Part shown: piece by piece, positions 57,848 to 64,000 of the stretch
How positions within the stretch are numbered: position 1 is the first letter of the stretch
How the letters are laid out: each line of letters opens with the position of its first letter
NCBI GenBank assembly: GCA_038207335.1
Contig: JBBQZX010000001.1
Span: 355,873 to 419,872 of the forward strand
Reading direction: 5' to 3'
Length of the DNA: 64,000 bases
From: Chthoniobacterales bacterium
GTDB lineage: Bacteria > Verrucomicrobiota > Verrucomicrobiia > Chthoniobacterales > Chthoniobacteraceae
Translations under genes and position numbers: made by a program
Notes under the pieces: model-generated
The model's database searches: none
Seen by the model: only the letters and a program-made list of their open reading frames with translations
What the model was told of the DNA's origin: nothing

Positions 57848-59917
57848 GTGAATTCCTTCTCATCTCGCACTCTCATCTGCTGGCTATTCAGCATCCTCGC
57901 GCTCGTCGCCGCGATTCCTGCGAATGCGGTTGCGCAGTTGAATTCCGAGGAGCAGGCGATCGCGAATCTCCTCACGTCCGCGTCGGGGCAGAAGCGCAAG
58001 AACATGGTGCTCGATCCCATCCTCTCGAAAGTCGCGCGCGAGAGGGCTGCGGACATGGCGAACCGGAACTACTTCAGTCACACGAATCCCGACGGACACG
58101 GCGCCAACTATCTCGTGCGAAAAGCGGGATACGGGCTTCCATCTTTTTACCCGAGCGACGGCAATAATCTGGAGTCGATCGCGGCGGGCACGACCTCGCC
58201 ATCCGCGACTTGGAGCGCCTGGATGGATTCCTCCGGGCACAAGCAGCACCTGCTCGCGGAGATTCCATTTTACGCGGACCAGACCTCTTACGGAGTGGGA
58301 TACTACAAGGCTCCGGGGAGCACTTACATCCACTATTGGGTCGTGCTTACCGCGCCTCCGAATGCCAACGCACAGCCGCCGCCGACTCCGCCTCCAGTTG
58401 CCGCGGTGATCGGCATTTTGACGCCGACGGCGAACGCGGCTCTCACGACTCCGGCCATCGCGATCACGGGCACGACGAGCGGGACGAAGCCTGCGAGCAG
58501 CGTGCGCTATCGCGTGGAAAACAGCGCGGGGATTGGTGAGTTCAAGACGGCAACCGGGACGACGGCATGGAGCGGTTCGCTCGCGCTCGCGCCCGGCGCA
58601 AACACGATTCGCGTGCGCAGTCTCGATTCCGCGGGCGCAGTGCTCGCGGAAAAAACGCGCGAGGTGCGATACGTCGTGCTGCGCGACTTGACGGTGTCGA
58701 GCGTGGGAGAGGGGACGCTTGCCCCGGCGGCGTTTTCCGGGACGACGCTGCGCGAAGTCGGACGCAAATATACGGTGACCGCAGCTCCCGCAGCAGGCTG
58801 GCTTTTCGATGGCTGGAGCGGCAGCGCGCAGTCTTCTGCAACGGCGCTCACATTCACGATGGAGGAAGGGCTTCAGCTCGTCGCGAACTTCATCCCGAAC
58901 CCGTATCTCGCGCACACCGGCGGCTACAATGGCCTCGTCAGCGGCGGCGGGATGACTGGATTTTTGAAGGTCACGATGACCGGCGGCGGACGCTTCACCG
59001 GCGCGCTTCGCATTGGCTCGCAGCGTTACAATTTGAGCGGTCGTTTCGATCACGGCGGGAACGCGTCGCTCACGATTCGGCGCGGAAATCTCGCGCCGCT
59101 CGTGGTCACGCTGCACGCCGACCTCGTGGGCGAGACACAGCAAATCACAGGCTCCGTGAGTGACGGCGAATCGACTGCCGACATTTCCGCCGACCGCGCG
59201 CGGCAGCCGGATGAGGGTGATTCGGCGGACGCCGGGCGCTACACGGTTTCACTTCCGGCGGACGTGGAAAACCCGGATGCGAGCCAGCCGCACGGTCACG
59301 GTTACGCGCTTTTGAGCGTGAGCAAAAAGGGTGTAGCGACGCTCACCGGCAAGCTCGCGGATGGGCAACTCTTTACAAAATCGGCGACGATCTCGAAAGA
59401 CGGCTCGTTGCCTATTTTCGCGCCGCTTTACGGCACCGGTTTCGTCGCGGGCATCGTGAGTTTTCGCGATAGCGGCGTGAGCGATCTCGATGGGACGATC
59501 CACTGGTCGAAGCCTGAGCGTCCGCTAGATCGTTTCCAAAAAGCTGCGATCGAGCACGACAATCCGGTGCTAGGCTCGCGCTATGCGCCGCCTGCCGCCG
59601 CGACTCGCGTGATCACCGCACCCGACTCGGAGGAAAATGTGCGGCTCGCATTTGGCGATGGTGATTTTGAGGCGAGCGTGGATCAGCCCGCGACGCTACA
59701 GACGAATAATCGAATCGTGATGCCAGCGCCGCAAATCGCCGGGCTGAGCGTCACGATCAACCCGGCGAACGGGCGCTACACCGGGACATTCACGCATCCA
59801 GTCAGCGGTGCAATGCGGCGCTTCAATGGCGTGATTTTCCAAAAACAAAACGCCGGTTTCGGATACTTTCTCGGCGTGGAGGAGAGCGGCTTCAGCGCGC
59901 TCGGTGCGGCGCAGTAG
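57848..59917 (+). CDS. Secreted CAP/SCP domain protein with Ig-like and InlB-B-repeat-like domains and a beta-rich C-terminal region
   Basis: ADMANRNYFSHTNPDG, ESIAAG, WMDSSGHK; PAAGWLFDGWSG...ANF. Confidence 0.8.
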   Translation: MNSFSSRTLICWLFSILALVAAIPANAVAQLNSEEQAIANLLTSASGQKRKNMVLDPILSKVARERAADMANRNYFSHTNPDGHGANYLVRKAGYGLPSFYPSDGNNLESIAAGTTSPSATWSAWMDSSGHKQHLLAEIPFYADQTSYGVGYYKAPGSTYIHYWVVLTAPPNANAQPPPTPPPVAAVIGILTPTANAALTTPAIAITGTTSGTKPASSVRYRVENSAGIGEFKTATGTTAWSGSLALAPGANTIRVRSLDSAGAVLAEKTREVRYVVLRDLTVSSVGEGTLAPAAFSGTTLREVGRKYTVTAAPAAGWLFDGWSGSAQSSATALTFTMEEGLQLVANFIPNPYLAHTGGYNGLVSGGGMTGFLKVTMTGGGRFTGALRIGSQRYNLSGRFDHGGNASLTIRRGNLAPLVVTLHADLVGETQQITGSVSDGESTADISADRARQPDEGDSADAGRYTVSLPADVENPDASQPHGHGYALLSVSKKGVATLTGKLADGQLFTKSATISKDGSLPIFAPLYGTGFVAGIVSFRDSGVSDLDGTIHWSKPERPLDRFQKAAIEHDNPVLGSRYAPPAAATRVITAPDSEENVRLAFGDGDFEASVDQPATLQTNNRIVMPAPQIAGLSVTINPANGRYTGTFTHPVSGAMRRFNGVIFQKQNAGFGYFLGVEESGFSALGAAQ

Positions 59918-59934
59918 GGGGCTCACCGATCCGC

Positions 59935-60789
59935 CTACAGCATCTGCTCGACGAACACCCGGCTCTCGAAAAACGCGAGTTCTCCAAGCTTTTCACCCGT
60001 GCCAATGAAGCGCGTCGGGATGCCGAGTTCGTTCTGGATCGCCACGACGCAGCCGCCTTTCCCACTGCCGTCCAGCTTGGTCACGATAATGCCGGTGAGG
60101 TTGACCGCTTGGTGAAACTCCCGCGCCTGCATCAGCGCGTTTCCGCCGGTCGTCGCATCCACGACGAGCAGCCGCTCATGCGGCGCGGCGGCGTCGCACT
60201 TCGCGAGCGTGCGCTGCACTTTGTTTAACTCGCCCATCAGGTTCGTCTTCGTGTGGAGGCGCCCCGCGGTGTCGCAAATGAGGAACTCCACATTCCGGCT
60301 GTCCGCTGCTTGATACGCGTCGTGGCAGATCGCCGCAGGATCGCTGTTGTACTGCCCCTTGATTATCTCGCACCCGATCCGCTGCGACCAGACATCGAGC
60401 TGCTCGATCGCCGCTGCGCGGAAAGTATCCGCCGCCGCGAGAATCACGCCGTGTCCTTTTTGCTTGAGAAAATGCGCGAGCTTCGCGGTCGAGGTCGTCT
60501 TGCCTGTGCCGTTCACGCCGACCACGAGCACGACTTTCGGCTTAGACGGCAGCGGGCGCAGCATGAGCGAGTCGCGCGGCAGCACTTTCAAAATCTCCTC
60601 TTTCGCCACCGCCGCCACCGTCTCCGCGGTCAGCTTCGCCACATCCTCGCGGCTTTGCAGCGCCTTCAATATCCGCATCGACATCGGTACGCCGAGATCT
60701 GCGCGGATGAGCGCTTCCTCGAGTTCGTCCCAGTCCACGGGACGCCCGGTGAACTTCTGAATCAGCGTTTTGAAAAACCCGAATGCCAT
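59935..60789 (-). CDS. ftsY: SRP receptor FtsY (NG domain only)
   Basis: GVNGTGKTT, DTFRAAAIEQL, DTAGRLH, TKLDG, GTGE. Confidence 0.97.
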   Translation of the reverse strand: MAFGFFKTLIQKFTGRPVDWDELEEALIRADLGVPMSMRILKALQSREDVAKLTAETVAAVAKEEILKVLPRDSLMLRPLPSKPKVVLVVGVNGTGKTTSTAKLAHFLKQKGHGVILAAADTFRAAAIEQLDVWSQRIGCEIIKGQYNSDPAAICHDAYQAADSRNVEFLICDTAGRLHTKTNLMGELNKVQRTLAKCDAAAPHERLLVVDATTGGNALMQAREFHQAVNLTGIIVTKLDGSGKGGCVVAIQNELGIPTRFIGTGEKLGELAFFESRVFVEQML

Positions 60790-60801
60790 GCCCGCGATTC
60801 T

Positions 60802-61257
60802 CTAAACTCCCGGCATCGTAGCCGTCCGCGCGGGACGGTTCAGCTCGCCGCGGATGCGGTCGAGGATGCCATTCACAAAGCGGCCCGACTCTTCGCCGCC
60901 AAAGCGTTTCGCGATTTCGATCGCCTCATTGATCGACACCACCGGCGGCACGTCCGGGCAAAAGAGCATCTCGTAAATCGCGAGCCGCAGGATATTCCGA
61001 TCGACCGGCGCGATCCGGTGTAGCTCGAAATTTGCCGCCCACTTTACGATCCGCGCGTCGATCTCCTCGCGATTCGCGACGATCCCGGCGACGAGCGTCT
61101 CCACGAATGCTCGCGTCTTCGCGGGCGTCTCCTTTTTGTCCGGCGCCGTCCGCAGGCTCCAAAAATGCGGGTAAAGCAGTGCCGGCTCCTCGCCGTTGAG
61201 GTCGAGTTGATACAGAAACTGAACGGCCGTCTCGCGGCCCTCGCGTCGCATTCCCAT
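60802..61257 (-). CDS. nusB: Transcription antitermination factor NusB
   Basis: RREGRETAVQFLY, DRNILRLA, INEAIEIAKRF, FVNGILD. Confidence 0.96.
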   Translation of the reverse strand: MGMRREGRETAVQFLYQLDLNGEEPALLYPHFWSLRTAPDKKETPAKTRAFVETLVAGIVANREEIDARIVKWAANFELHRIAPVDRNILRLAIYEMLFCPDVPPVVSINEAIEIAKRFGGEESGRFVNGILDRIRGELNRPARTATMPGV

Positions 61258-61263
61258 TAACAG

Positions 61264-61755
61264 TCAGCGGCGTGGCAGGCCGGACATGACCTGCACCATT
61301 CGCATCGCGATGCGGGCGGCTTCGATCCCGCGGTTCAGCTCCGGCTCGAGGCACCGCACGCGCGCCTGCTCCTCGTTTTTCAAAAGCAAAACCTCATGCA
61401 CGACCGGCACCCGATGCGCCAGCGAGAGCCGCTGCAGCGAGTCGGTGATCGTCTTCCCGATGAGCGACGCGTGCGCCGTCTCGCCCTCGATGATCACCCC
61501 GAGCGCCATGATCGCGTCGTATCCGTCGCGCGACTCCCTTGACGCCAGCTCCTGCACGACCAGCGGAATCTCAAACGCCCCCGGCACCTCCCACATGCTC
61601 ACATTCGTCCCCGGCGCGATCGCCTCCAGTTCGCGTTTCGCCGCATCGACCAGCGCATTCACGTAGTCCGGGTGATACTGGCTCGCCACGATCGCAATCG
61701 AGATCGTGCGCCGATGACTCATCTGGCGCGGCCGGGATGGTAGGATATTGGCCAT
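61264..61755 (-). CDS. ribH: 6,7-dimethyl-8-ribityllumazine synthase
   Basis: VPGAFEIP, LGVIIEGETAH; located between ribBA and nusB. Confidence 0.93.
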   Translation of the reverse strand: MANILPSRPRQMSHRRTISIAIVASQYHPDYVNALVDAAKRELEAIAPGTNVSMWEVPGAFEIPLVVQELASRESRDGYDAIMALGVIIEGETAHASLIGKTITDSLQRLSLAHRVPVVHEVLLLKNEEQARVRCLEPELNRGIEAARIAMRMVQVMSGLPRR

Positions 61756-61816
61756 AAAAAAAGGAGCGGGAGTCTAGGCGTCGCCCGCGCGAGAGCAACG
61801 AGTATCTGCCCGCGAC

Positions 61817-63025
61817 CTAGAGCAAATGCCCCATCTTCAACCGCTTCGTCTCCAGATACTTCGCATTGTGAGCATTCGGCGCGGAGCGGATCGGCACCAC
61901 CTCCACGATCTTCAGCCCGTAGCCCTCCAGCCCGATCACCTTCTTCGGATTATTCGTCAAAAAGCGCATCTTCTTCACCCCCAAGTCCACCAGGATTTGC
62001 GCGCCGATCCCGTAGTCCCGCAGCTCCGCCGGGAAGCCCAGCTTCTCATTCGCCTCCACCGTATCCAGCCCCTCCTGCTGCAGCTTATAGGCGTGAATTT
62101 TCGCCGCCAGGCCGATCCCGCGCCCCTCGTGCTGCCGCATGTAAAGCAGCACCCCGCACCCTGCCGCCTCGATCTGCGCCAGCGCGCTGTGGAGCTGATT
62201 CCCGCAGTCGCACCGAAGCGACCCGAAGACATCCCCCGTCAGACACTCACTGTGCACACGCACCAGCGTCGTGCTGTTCTTCGCGATCGTCCCCTTCACC
62301 AGCGCCAGGTGATGCGTCCCATCCAGCGTCGCCCGATACATGTGCAGATCGAAATCCCCAAACTCCGTCGGCAGCTTCACCACCTGCTCCCGCTCCACCA
62401 GCCGCTCCCGGCTCCTCCGGTGCGCGATCAAGTCCGCGATGCTGCACAGCTTCAGCTTGTGCTTCCTTCGAAATTTCAGCAGTTCCGGCAGCCGAGCCAT
62501 CGTCCCGTCCGCGTTCAAAATCTCGCAAAGCACTCCCGCCGGCTCCAGCCCCGCCAGCCGCGCCAGATCCACACTCGCCTCCGTGTGCCCCGCGCGACGC
62601 AGCACCCCGCCCGCTTTCGACCGCAGTGGGAAAATATGCCCAGGCTGCACCAGATCGCCGGCAGTCGCCTTCGGATCCGCCAGCAGCCGGATCGACCGCG
62701 CCCGATCCTGCGCGCTGATCCCCGTCGTGATCCCCTCCGCCGCATCCACCGACACCGTGAAATCCGTCCGGTGGCTCTCGCGATTCTCCCGCACCATCCG
62801 CGGCAGCCCCAGCCGTTCCGCGCGCTCCTCCGTGATCGGCGCACAGATCAGCCCCCGCCCATGAGTCGCCATGAAATTCACCGCCTCCGCCGTCACCATC
62901 TCCGCCGCCATCACGAGATCCCCCTCATTCTCCCGGTCCGCATCATCCGTCACCACCACCATCCGCCCCGCGCGCAGTTCAGCCAGGACTTCCTCGATCG
63001 GATCAAACAGCGGCGCGTTCGGCAT
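61817..63025 (-). CDS. ribBA: Bifunctional DHBP synthase / GTP cyclohydrolase II
   Basis: [24 protein letters not shown]...RCDCG, EGRGIGL, LTNNP. Confidence 0.97.
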   Translation of the reverse strand: MPNAPLFDPIEEVLAELRAGRMVVVTDDADRENEGDLVMAAEMVTAEAVNFMATHGRGLICAPITEERAERLGLPRMVRENRESHRTDFTVSVDAAEGITTGISAQDRARSIRLLADPKATAGDLVQPGHIFPLRSKAGGVLRRAGHTEASVDLARLAGLEPAGVLCEILNADGTMARLPELLKFRRKHKLKLCSIADLIAHRRSRERLVEREQVVKLPTEFGDFDLHMYRATLDGTHHLALVKGTIAKNSTTLVRVHSECLTGDVFGSLRCDCGNQLHSALAQIEAAGCGVLLYMRQHEGRGIGLAAKIHAYKLQQEGLDTVEANEKLGFPAELRDYGIGAQILVDLGVKKMRFLTNNPKKVIGLEGYGLKIVEVVPIRSAPNAHNAKYLETKRLKMGHLL

Positions 63026-63259
63026 GGGATTACTTCCCCCGACCAGACCACGCCTTCCCCCCCTTGAAAAGCCGAGACTTCGCCCTTCCCCCCAGCACCC
63101 CGTCACTGCCGTGGGGAAAAAGCACGCCATCTCCAAAGTGCTTCACAGTGCCCTGCAGCGGCCCGCTTCATCATGCCCGTCGGCCCGCTTCACCGCCCCA
63201 TCGAGCCGTGACACGCGGAGCCGTTCGCGGCAGCGCATAGTTAGGCGTTGCGGCTGTTG

Positions 63260-63808
63260 TCATTTGTTGTAAGCCGGGTTTTCGATGGTGAACTCTACAG
63301 TCTCGTCCTCGACTGGCACTCGAAAGCGGAGTTTGGAGGAGTTTCGTGGCGGCTCGTCCACGAAAATCTGGCGGAATCCGCCGCCGGCTCGATCGTCGAA
63401 TGGCTCAGGCCAACCCAAGTTGGTCTGATCCCCTGAATCGGTGGTCATGATAACATCGCCCGACGGCCCGGTTTCTGGCTTCTGGGTCGCAGGATAAATC
63501 CACGCCCAGTAAATCGAGAGGGCGGTATGGGTGGGGCTTGGAACCAGTGCGGTGTCGCCGGTAGGTGGCTGAGGAATTGCGCGTTGGACTGGCCCCGGAA
63601 GGTGGTTCCAAAGCCACAGAATCGGCATAGGTGCGCCTCCGAGGTGATGTTCATCTCCGCTTCCGTAGCTGACCTGGAAGACGCGAAACTCGCCGCCACC
63701 GACAAGCGGGATGCGTGGTAAGCTTGCTGCGCGGTGAAAACGAACGAACCACACGCCTCCGAGAAGGAGCGCGACTACAATAATGGCGGTAGCGGCCTTT
63801 CGTTTCAC
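63260..63808 (-). CDS. Hypothetical membrane-anchored protein
   Basis: 182-aa ORF with an N-terminal TM; appears less GC-rich than neighbours. Confidence 0.65.
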   Translation of the reverse strand: MKRKAATAIIVVALLLGGVWFVRFHRAASLPRIPLVGGGEFRVFQVSYGSGDEHHLGGAPMPILWLWNHLPGPVQRAIPQPPTGDTALVPSPTHTALSIYWAWIYPATQKPETGPSGDVIMTTDSGDQTNLGWPEPFDDRAGGGFRQIFVDEPPRNSSKLRFRVPVEDETVEFTIENPAYNK

Positions 63809-64000
63809 GATGTGCGAGCGACGCCTTGTATCTCGTCTTCATGCCGAAAACGAGCTGCCAGCGTGAAGGGTTTTGGGAGAAGATGCATGCGCTTTCGGGA
63901 GGCCGCAGACGCCTGAGGGCACGGCGGAGTGATCGCTCCGCCGCGACCCTGTTCGTTAGATCGGTCCCCCGACTCTTTTGTCCACGCCGGAGAGTATCTG

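Noticed and set aside
59935..60789. Truncated ftsY
   Set aside because: FtsY lacking the acidic domain is common, and all GTPase motifs are intact.
63026..63259. FMN riboswitch upstream of ribBA
   Set aside because: No conserved RFN segments (GGGCGGGGTGAAATTCCC, AGTCCGGATG) were seen on the minus strand.

Overview
GC-rich bacterial chromosomal window. The gene content (three DUF1549/DUF1553 proteins, DUF1501, DUF1592/DUF1552, a PVC-type CxxCH dehydrogenase, DUF1080 proteins) points to the PVC superphylum, probably Verrucomicrobiota; this is inference, no search was run. Contents in order: a MoxR-DUF58-Bat operon cut by the window start; DAG-kinase, cytochrome-c/DUF1549, NUDIX, SDR, DoxX and DUF853 genes; a sigma-70 factor, tkt, acpP, NlpC/P60 and RluA; a vWA plus two-component operon; an NDH-2/cNMP fusion; tRNA-Ala; a sugar-oxidation cluster; ubiX and xylB; a glyoxalase followed by a BrnT-like toxin-antitoxin pair; tRNA-Phe; and ribBA-ribH-nusB-ftsY. 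No transposase, integrase, phage or CRISPR-cas genes were seen. The most unusual locus is 32.2-33.3 kb: an orphan helical plus Fn3/Ig-like gene preceded by an apparently non-coding 21-bp tandem array with a 104-bp higher-order period, located where local G/C strand skew flips. Other oddities are a small unannotated membrane ORF with an in-frame TGA, a cassette-like gene with a half attC-like site, REP-like hairpins and inverted heptamer arrays. All product calls come from motif recognition by eye.
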